Of a stretch of 64,000 bases of DNA, positions 29,170 to 39,814 are shown piece after piece (position 1 is the first letter of the stretch; each line of letters starts with the position of its first letter). Below the pieces are notes generated by a model. That model was given only the letters and a program-made list of their open reading frames with translations. It searched no databases and had not been told where the DNA came from. The position numbers and the translations under genes were made by a program. The stretch is taken from the NCBI GenBank assembly GCA_965197725.1, contig CBDANQ010000058.1:1-64000 (forward strand), read 5' to 3'. Source of the stretch: Longimicrobiales bacterium (GTDB lineage Bacteria > Gemmatimonadota > Gemmatimonadetes > Longimicrobiales > Gaopeijiaceae).

Positions 29170-30162
29170 TCAGAAGATTGAGAGCCGAACGTACTTGCGC
29201 GGGTTCTCACGCAGGTCCTGGAGGAGCAGGTCGATCTGAGCGAGTAGGTCCTCGGCGCGAATCGCGAGGGTACTGTCGACGAGCAGGCGGCCGAGCGCGC
29301 CTTGGCCGGACTCGAGCCGGGCCGAAATCCGATCGAGACGGGCGAACGTGGAGTCGGCGCGCTCGATCGTGACCGCGATGCCGCCGGTAGACTCTGCGAG
29401 ATCCGTGGCGATTTCCTGAATCCCAGTGGATGCAACTCGCACGTTCGCCACGATCGTGTCGATCTGCGCGTCGGTGAGAATCGATTCGATGCGTTCGAAG
29501 GAGCGGCGGGCCACGCGGGACGCTTGTTCGATCTCGGAGAGAGCGCTGTCCGCGCTCGCGGTGACGCTGCTCGCGACCGCCGACTGCTGCGCGACCAAGT
29601 CCCGGATCTCGAGGCTGATCGTATCCAGATTCGCAATCGCCGAGGCGAGCGCGGTCGCGGTCGAATCGTTGAACGCGAGACCGAGCCGGTCGGTGAGGTC
29701 CGCGAGGTTTTCCGAGATCAGATCGGCCGACGCCGACAGACGGGAAAGCTCAGGTAGCGCGTACCCCCCGAGCACGTTCGGGCTCTCGCCCTCCGGGACC
29801 TCGTAGAACGGGAAGCGCGGGAACTCCACCCTGCTCACGATTTCGGCTTGCCAATCCCCGAACAGGGACTCAGGTCCGAGAATCACCGCCGGATCGGGCG
29901 GCAATACCACGTCCTGGTCGAGCAGGAGGGAGACGCGGACCGCTATGCCGTCGACGGCGATGTCCTCGACGCGCCCGATCCCGACGCCGAGATACTTGAC
30001 GGCGTTGCCCTGGTTGAGCTGGCCCACTCCCCGAAGAAGCACGTTCACCTCGGTCTGCGGTCGCCCGAAGTTCGTGCCCTCGAGCCACAGTGTGCCAACG
30101 ACCGCGGTCAAGCCCGAGACGATGATCACCAAGCCGACGAGCAACTCGCGGCCGCTGCTCAT
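29170..30162 (-). CDS. mlaD: MCE/MlaD family protein
   Basis: N-terminal TM, VKYLGVGIGRV MCE motif, helical C-terminus ending DLRENPRKY. Confidence 0.85.
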   Translation of the reverse strand: MSSGRELLVGLVIIVSGLTAVVGTLWLEGTNFGRPQTEVNVLLRGVGQLNQGNAVKYLGVGIGRVEDIAVDGIAVRVSLLLDQDVVLPPDPAVILGPESLFGDWQAEIVSRVEFPRFPFYEVPEGESPNVLGGYALPELSRLSASADLISENLADLTDRLGLAFNDSTATALASAIANLDTISLEIRDLVAQQSAVASSVTASADSALSEIEQASRVARRSFERIESILTDAQIDTIVANVRVASTGIQEIATDLAESTGGIAVTIERADSTFARLDRISARLESGQGALGRLLVDSTLAIRAEDLLAQIDLLLQDLRENPRKYVRLSIF

Positions 30163-30908
30163 GGCGCGAGCCCCATAAGCTCCGGCTTGCCTTCGATGAA
30201 CCCCTTCACGACGGGGTCCTCACACATCCGTACCTCTTCCGGTGTGCCTTCAAAACGGATACCTCCATCGTAGAGCATCGCGACCCGATCTGAGATTCGG
30301 AAGGCGCTCTTCATGTCATGCGTGATCACTACCCCGGTCACTCCGAGTTCATCGGACATGCGCACGATCAGCGCGTCGATCACTGCCGCGGTCACGGGGT
30401 CGAGACCCGTCGTGGGCTCGTCGTAGAGCATGTATTTGGGCCGGGTGGCGATAGCACGAGCAAAGCCGGCTCGCTTCCTCTGTCCTCCGGACAGCTCGGA
30501 CGGGAGCCTCTGTCCATATCCCTCGAGGTCGACCAAATGCAAACACTCTGCCACGCGCTGGTCGATAGCCTCGTCGCTCGTGTCCCGCACTCGCCTCAGG
30601 CCCATGCCCACGTTCTTGGTGATGGTCATCGAATCGAACAGTGCCGCGAACTGGAACGCGAACCCCACGTTCCGGCGCAGCCCGTATAGCGACTCCTGAT
30701 CGAGACGGCTGACATTCTCATCATCGACATATACCTCACCACCATCCGGGCGGAGAAGGCCGACGATGTGTTTGAGCGCGACGGACTTGCCCGAACCCGA
30801 AGCGCCGATGATGGAGAGCGTCTCCCCTTCGTTGATCGTGAGCGTGAAGCCCTTCAAGACCTGCTTCGTGCCGAACGCCTTTTCGACATCGAACATCTCG
30901 ATGCTCAT
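30159..30908 (-). CDS. mlaF: Mla/Mce ABC ATP-binding protein
   Basis: GASGSGKS, ALFDSMT, LSGGQRKR and YDEPTTGLDP motifs. Confidence 0.9.
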   Translation of the reverse strand: MSIEMFDVEKAFGTKQVLKGFTLTINEGETLSIIGASGSGKSVALKHIVGLLRPDGGEVYVDDENVSRLDQESLYGLRRNVGFAFQFAALFDSMTITKNVGMGLRRVRDTSDEAIDQRVAECLHLVDLEGYGQRLPSELSGGQRKRAGFARAIATRPKYMLYDEPTTGLDPVTAAVIDALIVRMSDELGVTGVVITHDMKSAFRISDRVAMLYDGGIRFEGTPEEVRMCEDPVVKGFIEGKPELMGLAP

Positions 30909-31684
30909 AGCAACGTCGCCGCCCAGAAGGCATCGAGTGCCAGGATGATCATGGTCGAGATCACTGCGGCGCGTGTCGCCGAGCGCCCTACCCCCTCTGA
31001 TCCACCGGTTGTGTGGAAGCCGAAGAAGCAGCCCACGGAGGTGACAGTCAGGCCGAAGCTCACCGACTTGATGCCCGAGAACCACACGTCCCAAGGCTCG
31101 AAGAAAAGGCGAAGCCCCTTCAGAAACTCGAACGAGGACATGTCGAGCCGGAACATCGCGGTGCCGAGCCCCGCCATGATCCCCAACGCGTCGGCCAGTA
31201 TCACGACGACCGGGAACATGATCGCACCGGCCACAACACGCGGAACGACCAGGTACGCGACGGGATCGTAGGCCAGGGTCTCGAGGGCGTCGATCTGTTC
31301 GGTCACCCGCATCGCGCCGATCTCCGCCGCAATGTTCGAACCGACCCGCCCGGAGAGAGCGAGGCCCGTGAGGACGGGCCCGAGCTCCAACACCATGGTC
31401 TTGCCCACGAGCGTGCCGACGATGTACAGCGGAACGGCGCCCGTGAATGTGTACGACGCCTGGATCGCGAGAACGATGCCCGTGAAGGTGGCGACGAAGA
31501 GCGCGATGGGGACCGACTCCACTCCGATCTTCCCCATCTGCTCGAGCAGCTGAGGCGCCCACAGCGATTGCTTGCGAAGCGCCCGGGCCGCGTCAACGGC
31601 CAAGTACCCGGCCCTTCCCACAGCAGCCACGGTGCGCAGCGTCGTGCGTCCGATGGCCCGGATCGGGTGAACCATGTAAGGCAT
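30905..31684 (-). CDS. mlaE: Mla/Mce ABC permease
   Basis: ELGPVLT, GRVGS, MRVTEQIDAL and GVGRSAT motifs. Confidence 0.92.
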   Translation of the reverse strand: MPYMVHPIRAIGRTTLRTVAAVGRAGYLAVDAARALRKQSLWAPQLLEQMGKIGVESVPIALFVATFTGIVLAIQASYTFTGAVPLYIVGTLVGKTMVLELGPVLTGLALSGRVGSNIAAEIGAMRVTEQIDALETLAYDPVAYLVVPRVVAGAIMFPVVVILADALGIMAGLGTAMFRLDMSSFEFLKGLRLFFEPWDVWFSGIKSVSFGLTVTSVGCFFGFHTTGGSEGVGRSATRAAVISTMIILALDAFWAATLL

Positions 31685-31698
31685 GGGGAGAGTGAGTC

Positions 31699-32052
31699 CT
31701 ATCCGCCGGGAACGTCCTCGCTCTCGAGCGTGAACTCCACCTCCTCTTCCCTGCCGTGGCCATCAGGTAGCGCGTACGAGATGCGAATCCGCTTCACCGC
31801 GGCCCTCGGGTCCGTCAGAGCCACCTCGAAGTCCAACGCCTGGTCATGGGAAGTGATCCTCGTGCGGACGCGAGCGCCGAGCTCGGCCTGAGGCAAACTC
31901 ACCGGATTCCGAAAGAGGGTCTTCGTCGATTGGCGACCTGTTTCGAGCTGGCGCGTGACCTTCACCAGTTTCAGCCAATCCGGCTGATAGCTCACGCCGT
32001 ACTCGAAGCCCCGCTGGTCGGCTCCGTTGCCCTCGCGATTGTGACGCGCCAA
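31699..32052 (-). CDS. Hypothetical protein
   Basis: TTG start with AGAGGAG SD; minus-strand TTGACA at 32121-32126; ends just before mlaE. Confidence 0.55.
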   Translation of the reverse strand: MARHNREGNGADQRGFEYGVSYQPDWLKLVKVTRQLETGRQSTKTLFRNPVSLPQAELGARVRTRITSHDQALDFEVALTDPRAAVKRIRISYALPDGHGREEEVEFTLESEDVPGG

Positions 32053-32201
32053 CCCGACTCCTCTGGAGAGGTGGGTTTTCAAGAAATGCGTAAACGAATG
32101 TTTTCTCAGCGACACCCAAATGTCAAGTTTTAGAGTCGTCACTTCGGCTGAAGCGTAACGCCGGGAACGGTCCCGCAGGATCGCCTTGCTGGATTTTTCC
32201 G

Positions 32202-33362
32202 CTAAATGTTCAGCGGCACTGGAACAAAAGTCAGGAAAAATATCGCGACCAGCAGCCACCCCAAGGTCCTTCGCGCACGTCCGACACTCTCTTCTGGTTG
32301 CACGACCCTGGGGTGGTCTATTCGGCCCCGGTGCAGCACCATAATCAGCAACGCCCATGCCCACCAACCCCACCAAAGAAGTCCGAGCGGGAGCAAGGCG
32401 ACCATGAAGAGGCGCGCCGCCTTCCCCTGATGCTCAGGCATCAGCGCGTACAGGATGTGCCCACCGTCGAGTTGGCCGAGCGGGAGCAGGTTCAACGCGG
32501 TCACGAACAAGCCCAGCCAACCCGCGAGCGCGAGCGGGTGCAGAAGGATCGGGGTCTCGCCCAGCGCGCCGGGTGCGAGCCAGGTCGCGAGCACGTGGAT
32601 GATCGCGCCGTTCCCGAGCCACACTGGCTGACCGGCGAACTGGATCAGGAACGGGGTCTCGATGGTGGCGCGCCCTGGTACGACCTGGGAGAGCGCCAGC
32701 CCGATGCCAAGCAGGGGTAGCGACAGCACAAAGCTCGCCAACGGGCCCGCCGCCCCGACGTCGAAGAGGATCGCTCGCCGGATGGTAGGCCCCTTGAGGC
32801 GAATGAACGCGCCCACGGTCCCGATGATCGAGAAGTACGGCGGGAACGGGATGAAGTACGGTAGCGTCGCACGGACCCGATTGACTCTAGCGGCTACGTA
32901 GTGCCCCATCTCGTGCGCGAGCAGCACGCCCATGAACGGGAGTGCAAACGGAGCCCCCAGCACGAGGCCGCTCCAGTTGAGACGGGTAGGGAATGGGATC
33001 GCCATCTCGCCCAAGCGGAAGACCTGCGTGGCGAGCGGATCGATTCCGACCATGAGAGCGCCAGCCGCCATCGTCGTGACCATCGTGGCAGCGAAGAGCG
33101 CCAGGTGGATCCACGGCCCTCGACCTCGTTCATCGGTCGCGTGGTACACCAGGGCGACTTGGGTGCGGTCGCCTTCGTGTTTTAAGTGGGCGGAGGCCGG
33201 CCACGCTTGAAGCGCGGCCTGTACTTCCGGGGATGCCCCCTTGAGATCCTCGCGGAGAGTGCCCTCGAGCAGCGTGTCGTGGCGAAGAGAGGTCAGCCGG
33301 TACTCGGCCAAAAGAGGCAGCCACAGGCCCGGATCAGGCTTGACCGTCTTTCTGAGAGCCAT
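32202..33362 (-). CDS. Site-2 protease (peptidase M50)
   Basis: HEMGH, GAAGP and NLLPLGQLDGGH motifs. Confidence 0.9.
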   Translation of the reverse strand: MALRKTVKPDPGLWLPLLAEYRLTSLRHDTLLEGTLREDLKGASPEVQAALQAWPASAHLKHEGDRTQVALVYHATDERGRGPWIHLALFAATMVTTMAAGALMVGIDPLATQVFRLGEMAIPFPTRLNWSGLVLGAPFALPFMGVLLAHEMGHYVAARVNRVRATLPYFIPFPPYFSIIGTVGAFIRLKGPTIRRAILFDVGAAGPLASFVLSLPLLGIGLALSQVVPGRATIETPFLIQFAGQPVWLGNGAIIHVLATWLAPGALGETPILLHPLALAGWLGLFVTALNLLPLGQLDGGHILYALMPEHQGKAARLFMVALLPLGLLWWGWWAWALLIMVLHRGRIDHPRVVQPEESVGRARRTLGWLLVAIFFLTFVPVPLNI

Positions 33363-33549
33363 TAATGTGGTCTCAATCCCATAAAATCTCCGCAGGTCCA
33401 CTGCGCCCGGCACGTCCCCGAGCCACGGGAAAAGACGTCAGCGGGCACCGACTAGGCATTCGCGATCCCTCGGTCGATTCCTTCTTTTCCACTCCGCAGT
33501 ACCCGGTTCAGCCGGCAGTTGTAGTCCACACTCATCGGAGCCCTCGCTC

Positions 33550-34809
33550 GTGGACATCGCAGAGCTAAAGAACAAGAGCGTCGGGGACCTACACGACCTC
33601 GCGGAGGAGTTGAACATCAGCAACTTCACGGGCCTCCGCAAGCAAGACCTGATCTTTAAGATCGAGCAAGGCCTGCTCGAATCGGAGGTGGTTCTTCGCG
33701 GAGAAGGGGTCCTCGAGATCCTCACGGAAGGGTACGGCTTCCTGCGTTCGCAGGACTGGAATTATCTGTACGGTCCCGACGACATCTACGTCAGTCCGTC
33801 GCAGCTCAAGCGCTTCGATCTGCGTACCGGCGACGTGATCGGCGGACAGGTTCGTCCGCCAAAGAGTGGCGAGAGGTACCTCGCTCTTCTCAAGGTCGAG
33901 TCCGTGAACGGCCTCGACCCGGAGGATGCGAAGAATCGGGAAAGTTTCGACAATCTCCGGCCTCGCTATCCCGAGGAGAGATTGAAGCTCGAAGTGCTCG
34001 GCGAACAGGGAAGTCTCTCCATGCGTGTCATCGACCTGATCGCCCCGATCGGGAAAGGTCAGCGAGGCCTGATCGTGTCCCCTCCGAAAGCGGGCAAGAC
34101 CACGATCCTCCAGGAGATCGCCAACTCGATCACCATCAACGAGCCCGACGTGCATCTCATCGTCTTGCTCATCGACGAGCGACCCGAAGAGGTCACGGAC
34201 ATGGAGGAACAGGTCGAGGCCGAGGTCATCTCGTCAACCTTCGATGAGCCCGCCGAACGTCATGTCCAGGTCGCGGACATGGTGATGGAGAAGGCGAAGC
34301 GGCTCGTCGAGCACGGGAAGGACGTGGTGGTGCTGCTCGACTCGATCACCAGGCTGGCGCGCGCTTACAACACCACTATGCCGCACTCCGGCCGAATCCT
34401 GTCGGGAGGCGTGGACGCGAATGCGCTACAGAAGCCGAAGAGGTTCTTCGGCGCGGCGCGGAACATCGAGGGTGGCGGATCGCTCACCATCGTCGCGACC
34501 GCGCTCATCGAGACCGGTAGCCGCATGGACGAAGTGATCTTCGAGGAGTTCAAGGGCACGGGAAACCTGGAGCTGGTCCTGGATCGCGAGATCTCCGACC
34601 GGCGAATCTTCCCGGCGATCGACCTCAACCGGTCGAGTACACGGAAGGAGGAGTTGCTACTCAACGAGACGGAGCTCAACCGCATCTATCTGCTTCGGAA
34701 CTTTCTGGCGGACATGCCTCCGGCGGAAGCGATCGAGTTCTTGCTTTCGCGGATGAACGGGACGGATAGCAATCAGGAGTTCTTGGACTCCATGGCTCGG
34801 GGGGAGTAG
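33550..34809 (+). CDS. rho: Transcription termination factor Rho
   Basis: [38 protein letters not shown] and FKGTGN motifs. Confidence 0.98.
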   Translation: MDIAELKNKSVGDLHDLAEELNISNFTGLRKQDLIFKIEQGLLESEVVLRGEGVLEILTEGYGFLRSQDWNYLYGPDDIYVSPSQLKRFDLRTGDVIGGQVRPPKSGERYLALLKVESVNGLDPEDAKNRESFDNLRPRYPEERLKLEVLGEQGSLSMRVIDLIAPIGKGQRGLIVSPPKAGKTTILQEIANSITINEPDVHLIVLLIDERPEEVTDMEEQVEAEVISSTFDEPAERHVQVADMVMEKAKRLVEHGKDVVVLLDSITRLARAYNTTMPHSGRILSGGVDANALQKPKRFFGAARNIEGGGSLTIVATALIETGSRMDEVIFEEFKGTGNLELVLDREISDRRIFPAIDLNRSSTRKEELLLNETELNRIYLLRNFLADMPPAEAIEFLLSRMNGTDSNQEFLDSMARGE

Positions 34810-34950
34810 CGCTTCGGAGCGGGCTGACGAGCCGGGGCCTTCCCTTCGCTCAGACATCGTTTTCCCCGCTTCCCTTTCCCCGGCCACTACGCAATGTCGC
34901 TGCGGGAAGGACCCCAGCTCCTCAGCCTCGGCCGCGCCTCCGACCCTTTG

Positions 34951-35397
34951 TTAGTTCTGGCGGCGTTGTTTGCCGGATACTAGGACGTCGTAGGTGGCTC
35001 GTTGGGCGGGGCTCAGGGTGGCGGGGAGGCTTACTAGGAGGGCTCGCAGGCCTTGATTCTGCGGCAGGTGGAGCACGAGTTGGTCGGGTGACGTTGGTGG
35101 TTCGTAGGGGTGGGCGCACCCGCTGGTATCTATGCTCACGGCACGGCCCGGAGCGAGCGACTCGGCGAGCATGTGGCCGTACTCGGCCCACGCGATGAGC
35201 GGGTCGACCGAACCGGCGGCGATTTCCGGGATTAGCCGGTCCTTGTAGTAGGCAACCGCTTCGGAATACGCGGCGGCATCGACGCTCTTGAGCTCGCGCA
35301 GCCTGTCCCGGTAGAACTCACGGGGGTCGCGCGCACCGGAGGACTCGAGGGCTTCCCGAAGGCGGCGGTCGGCTTCTGCCGTATGGTCTTCGGACAT
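34951..35397 (-). CDS. Hypothetical protein
   Basis: 148-aa protein-like ORF (MSEDHTAEADRRL...). Confidence 0.6.
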   Translation of the reverse strand: MSEDHTAEADRRLREALESSGARDPREFYRDRLRELKSVDAAAYSEAVAYYKDRLIPEIAAGSVDPLIAWAEYGHMLAESLAPGRAVSIDTSGCAHPYEPPTSPDQLVLHLPQNQGLRALLVSLPATLSPAQRATYDVLVSGKQRRQN

Positions 35398-35435
35398 GGC
35401 GGGAAGGATCACCTCATGGCGGGGTAGTTGCAACG

Positions 35436-35952
35436 ATGTCGCCTATCGAATCATCGTTCGAGTACCTGGACCTCTCCTGGGAGATGTTCGGAGAACTCTG
35501 TCGCGCGCTCGCGCTCAAGGTGGCTCGAGACTATGACCCGGACGTCGTCGTTGGCATCGCTCGAGCGGGAGCACTCCCGGGCGCGGTCGTGGCCACGATT
35601 CTCGGCGTCGATATTCTACTCGATGAAAATCTCGAGGAAGGGTGACGACAACGAAGTGCGTGAGCGGCCGGAGATCCTCTCGGCGGCTCCCCGCGAGGTC
35701 GAGAGCCAACGGGTGCTGATCGTCGACGAGGTAACCACCTCCGGAGCGACCCTTCGGCTCGCGCTCGCCGTGGTGCGCGACACCCACCCCATCGAGGTCC
35801 GGACCGCCACCAGCTTCGCGCGCACGCGCGGCTACAAGCCGGACTACTTCGCGCTGGAGACCGATGCCGAGGTGGTCCTCCCCTGGGATCACCACCTCTT
35901 GGAAGACGACGAGTTCGTCGCGAACCCACGGTACGGGGACGCGGTAGACTAG
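35436..35952 (+). CDS. Type I phosphoribosyltransferase, frameshifted at ~35612
   Basis: VVGIARAG in the first frame; VLIVDEVTTSGATL PRPP loop and VLPWD in the second. Confidence 0.8.
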
Positions 35953-36062
35953 ACGACCGAGGTGGGGCCCTCTGTACATCTCGCCCCGCGTCCCTGGGAC
36001 ACCTAGTTTACGTGTCCACCCGTTTTTTTGGCCGCCGCCTCACGCTTTCCCAGGAGTTGCAA

Positions 36063-36933
36063 GTGGAGTTCGAGCCGGTCATTCAGCATTGGCTGGCAGC
36101 GGTCGCTCAGGCGGCCGACCTCCCCGGCATGGAAGAGCTGAGCGTCGACTCGGAAACCGAGCTCGCGGGCGCCTGGGATCTCGTCAGCATGGCCACCGGG
36201 ACCCCTCACGACAAGTTGGCCGAGCGCGTCGCGGCACACTATCGACTCGTGGTCGCGGACCTGTCCACGGCCGATCCCCACGCGCGCAGGCTGATCCCGG
36301 GGGTTATCGCGAGAAAGCGCAACGTCGTCCCGCTGCGGTACACGGACCGTTCGCTCGTGATCGCCACGGCCGACCCAGTCAGCATGGAAGCGGAGAGCGA
36401 GCTACATAAGATCTCATCACGAACTGTGCACTTCGAAGTGGCTACGCCCGCATCACTCGCCGCCGCCGTACTCGATATCTATCCGGAGGAGGAGGGGCTA
36501 CGTCACGAGGTGCCTCTGCTCTCGCACGAAGCGAAGGGCGGGCCTCGCATCCTGGTGGTCGATGATGACGCCTCGATGCGGCTACTCCTCACTACGATGC
36601 TTTCCGAGAACGGCTTCCGGGTCGCCGAGGCCACGGACGGCCCCGAGGCGCTCGCGATGCTGCGAGGCGACGACCCGTTCGACCTCGTGACGCTGGATCT
36701 GCGCATGAAGGAGATGCACAGAGGTTCTTCATCAGATCCGCTCACGGCTTCCAACGGCAGATCTTCCTGTGATCGTCGCGACGGGTTCGGGCGACCCCGC
36801 GGTAGAGATGCAGCTATTCGAGGCGGGCGCGGACGACTTCGTGGTCAAGCCCGTCGATCCACCGCGTTTCCTGCTGCGGATTCGAGCGGTGCTCCGGCGG
36901 CGGAGTTCCAACCCGCTGGCCGATCTCTTCTAG
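36063..36933 (+). CDS. GspE/PilB N-terminal-like domain fused to a response-regulator receiver, frameshifted at ~36720
   Basis: IARKRNVVPLRYTDRSLVIATADP; ILVVDDD, LDLRM, then in another frame VIVATG...AGADDFVVKPV...DLF*. Confidence 0.75.
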
Positions 36934-36971
36934 AAGGGCTCGGGGTCAGTCGGTACGCCGATGGGCACCTC

Positions 36972-37826
36972 CTAGAAGCGCCCCCGGGCCCGCTCCTTCC
37001 CGGGGAGGATCTCCAGGCAGGTGGTCCACCAACCGGTGAGAATCGTCTGCACGAACTCCTCCGGCAGCTCCTCGGACCGCATCTCGACGGCGAGCGCCTG
37101 GTGATCGTACGTGACGGGGACGAACTCGACCGACAGCTCGCGCCCCGCGGCCTGGAGCACCGCATACCAGACCTCGGTTCGCCCATCATTCGCGGGCCGC
37201 CCCAGAGCCCCCACGTTGACATAGGCGCCGGCGGTGGCATCACGGATCGAAGGCGGTGCACTCAGATCGCCCCACCTCCGCGTCCAGTGGATACCGGTAT
37301 GCGTGCCAAGGATCACGTCGGCCTCACTGTCGCTCGCGAGCTTGTGCAGGAAGTGCGTCGGCGTGGTGGACTCCCACAAGAACTCATTGATCTGCCGAGG
37401 ACTTCCGTGACACGCCACGACGGAAAGTGCCCCTAGCTGGAAGCGCAGCTCCCTCGGAAACGTGCCCATCCACGCCCGATGCTCGGCTGAAGTGTTCCGG
37501 AACGTGTACTGGTACGACAGACGCGCGTACTGGTTGTCACGAGGGTCGGTGTACCCGCACTGGCAGTCGTCAAGTCCGCGTGCGACGGAGTCGTCGTAGT
37601 TCCCGCGCACGACCGGGATGCCGGCCTCCTTCAGGACGCCCGCTGTCTCGTCAGGGTGAGGGCCGAACCCGCCAAGGTCGCCGAGGCAGATGATCTCGTC
37701 GACATCCCTCGCCCGTGCGTCCGCGATGGCAGCGTGGAGGGCGAGATGGTTCGAGTAGACCCCGCCGAAGACGGCGATCCGGTGGTACGCCCGCTGCGCT
37801 TGGGGAGCGACTCGACACGGCCTCAT
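36972..37826 (-). CDS. Metallophosphoesterase family protein
   Basis: GGVYSN (in place of DxH), LGDLGG, RGNYD, HGSP and THTG motifs. Confidence 0.85.
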   Translation of the reverse strand: MRPCRVAPQAQRAYHRIAVFGGVYSNHLALHAAIADARARDVDEIICLGDLGGFGPHPDETAGVLKEAGIPVVRGNYDDSVARGLDDCQCGYTDPRDNQYARLSYQYTFRNTSAEHRAWMGTFPRELRFQLGALSVVACHGSPRQINEFLWESTTPTHFLHKLASDSEADVILGTHTGIHWTRRWGDLSAPPSIRDATAGAYVNVGALGRPANDGRTEVWYAVLQAAGRELSVEFVPVTYDHQALAVEMRSEELPEEFVQTILTGWWTTCLEILPGKERARGRF

Positions 37827-38734
37827 GAAAAGTCCTGAGCGTATCCGGGCAGGTTCGCGCACATCGCGCCGCTGACGTAGCAGGTGTAGCACGCTTGCTC
37901 CGACAACCGCGCTGGGGCGGCCGTCGCTTCCCGCAAAGTCTCACCCAGCCGACCGGACTCGTAGTCGAGCAAGATCGGGCAGACCCAAACACCACGAGCC
38001 GTGACGAGCCGAGCCCGTGCGCAAAGCAGGAGGTCTCGATCGTACCCAACCATCATCTCGGCCGTGACGCGGTCGGTTTCGGCATAGCCTCCCGACCGCC
38101 CCTCCTCGGCGCCGATCCGCAAGGGCGGCAGGATCTTCAGCCGGGCGCGGGCGTAACCGATACCCGCGAGTAATTCTCGGAACGCATCAAGTACCTCCGG
38201 CGTCTCGAAGTCGTCCCATGTCTGCATCGCGGTCACGATCGGAAGAAAGCCGGCGGCGACCAGGCGCTCCATCCCTTCCATCGCCCTCGCGAACGCTCCC
38301 TCGCCGCGGAGCACGTCGTTCATCTCCGGGGTGGTGCCGTCGATGCTCACGCGTAACTCGAGCGTGTACCGTGAAGCGCGCGCGATTCGGGCCAGCTCAG
38401 CCACCCTCCGTTGCGAAAGCAGAGTCGCATTGGTGAGGACCGTAGCGGGCCCGATGGCTAATGTGTCCTCCAGGATCCCCGGCATCTCCCGGTTCATGAA
38501 GGGCTCCCCACCGGTGAAGTAGTACTCCTTCACCCCCATGCTGGCCGAAGTGACGAGGTGCTCGCAAACTTGCTCGCGATCGAGGAACCAGTGACTGTGG
38601 TTCTCGGGCGAGCAGGAGATGAAGCAGTGGGAGCACCTCAGATTGCACACCGTGCCCGCGACCTGGAACCACAGCTGATCCAGCGCTGCGAGCGGCACGG
38701 CCGGGGCTTCCAGGATGGGAAGAGCTTTGCTCAT
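37823..38734 (-). CDS. Radical SAM protein
   Basis: CNLRCSHC, FTGGEP and LTNA motifs; C-terminal Cys residues (C...CP...CYTC...C). Confidence 0.9.
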   Translation of the reverse strand: MSKALPILEAPAVPLAALDQLWFQVAGTVCNLRCSHCFISCSPENHSHWFLDREQVCEHLVTSASMGVKEYYFTGGEPFMNREMPGILEDTLAIGPATVLTNATLLSQRRVAELARIARASRYTLELRVSIDGTTPEMNDVLRGEGAFARAMEGMERLVAAGFLPIVTAMQTWDDFETPEVLDAFRELLAGIGYARARLKILPPLRIGAEEGRSGGYAETDRVTAEMMVGYDRDLLLCARARLVTARGVWVCPILLDYESGRLGETLREATAAPARLSEQACYTCYVSGAMCANLPGYAQDFS

Positions 38735-38742
38735 GAACCAGC

Positions 38743-39720
38743 CTACTCGAAGCTGCCCGGCACCGCCTCGAACATCGTCTTCGCGACCTCCTCCGCCGAC
38801 TTCATCTTCGACAGATCGAGTTCGAAGTCCGGACGCGCGGGCGCCTGCAGCTTGGCAACCAGCTCGCGGATCTCCCGGGCGGAAAGTCCCGCTTCCTTCA
38901 GATCGTCCACGCTGAAGGACGCCCCGGCGCGGGCGGAGATCCCGTCCCCTCCCCCGACGAGGAGTCGCGACAATACCTCGAGCTCCCCGCGGCTCATGGG
39001 TCGTCCCACAAGGTCGTAGTCTACCCACGCTTCGTACGACAGCGGCGCGACCCGCTTCACCATGCCCGCGATGATCTCAGCGAAGACCTGGATCTCCCAC
39101 TGCGCGTGCGGGTCCGCACGCAGTGACAAGAAGTGCAGAAGGTTGTGCAGATTGATCTTCCAGTACCACTGGGTATACGTCGAGAGCGGTAGGTCGATAC
39201 GGGCGATCTCTCGCGCCACGTCCTCGCCAATCATCCAGGTGTAGCCGTCGCTCGCCGCTTCACGGAGGCCACGCCACCGCTCGATCGCCTCCGCGTACAC
39301 CGCGTCCGGCGCGCCCGCGCCTCTGCCCTGCTGGCTCTGCGCGCTCTGGAGCGCGAACTGCTCCCGCTCGGGCATGTAGTAGAGCAGCGGCATGAGGCTA
39401 TAGCGTCCGCTGTATTCGTTCACGGAGGCCGTCCGGTGCCGTATCCACTGCCGGGCTACGAACATCGGCATCGCGCAGTGGAACTTGAACTCCACCATCT
39501 CCGACGGCGTCGTGTGTCGATGACGGCGTAGATACCGAACCAGTCCGCGTGTGGCGGACACCTTCCGCGTACCGTATCCGTAGCTGACGCGTGCGGCCCT
39601 CTCGACGTCATCGTCCTTGCCCATGTAGTCGACGAGCGCGACGAACCCGTGATCGAGCGCGGGGAAATAGCCGCCCAGAATCTCTTCCGCGGCCGGACTG
39701 GTTGGTCTTTTGGTCTCCAT
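38743..39720 (-). CDS. thyX: FAD-dependent thymidylate synthase
   Basis: AARVSY, RHRTASVNEYSGRY, EIARIDLP and LRADPHAQWEI motifs. Confidence 0.96.
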   Translation of the reverse strand: METKRPTSPAAEEILGGYFPALDHGFVALVDYMGKDDDVERAARVSYGYGTRKVSATRGLVRYLRRHRHTTPSEMVEFKFHCAMPMFVARQWIRHRTASVNEYSGRYSLMPLLYYMPEREQFALQSAQSQQGRGAGAPDAVYAEAIERWRGLREAASDGYTWMIGEDVAREIARIDLPLSTYTQWYWKINLHNLLHFLSLRADPHAQWEIQVFAEIIAGMVKRVAPLSYEAWVDYDLVGRPMSRGELEVLSRLLVGGGDGISARAGASFSVDDLKEAGLSAREIRELVAKLQAPARPDFELDLSKMKSAEEVAKTMFEAVPGSFE

Positions 39721-39741
39721 GCCGCCGAATATAGTCGAGCG

Positions 39742-39761
39742 GTGGTTCACCGGTGAACCAC
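39742..39761. promoter_or_regulatory. Perfect 20-bp palindrome in a divergent promoter region (candidate operator)
   Basis: GTGGTTCACCGGTGAACCAC equals its own reverse complement. Confidence 0.45.
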
Positions 39762-39814
39762 AACGGGGTCAGATCCGTATTAGAATGCATTGCACACTCT
39801 GTAGGAGGTGAACC

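Noticed and set aside
36934..37436. C-terminal extension of the 36012-37436 ORF
   Set aside because: Read-through caused by the ~36720 frameshift; it overlaps the opposite-strand phosphoesterase.
37823..38734. Assignment of the radical SAM protein as QueE or ArsS
   Set aside because: It has the canonical CxxxCxxC but no diagnostic features I could verify, and it is not linked to queD/queC or arsenic genes here.
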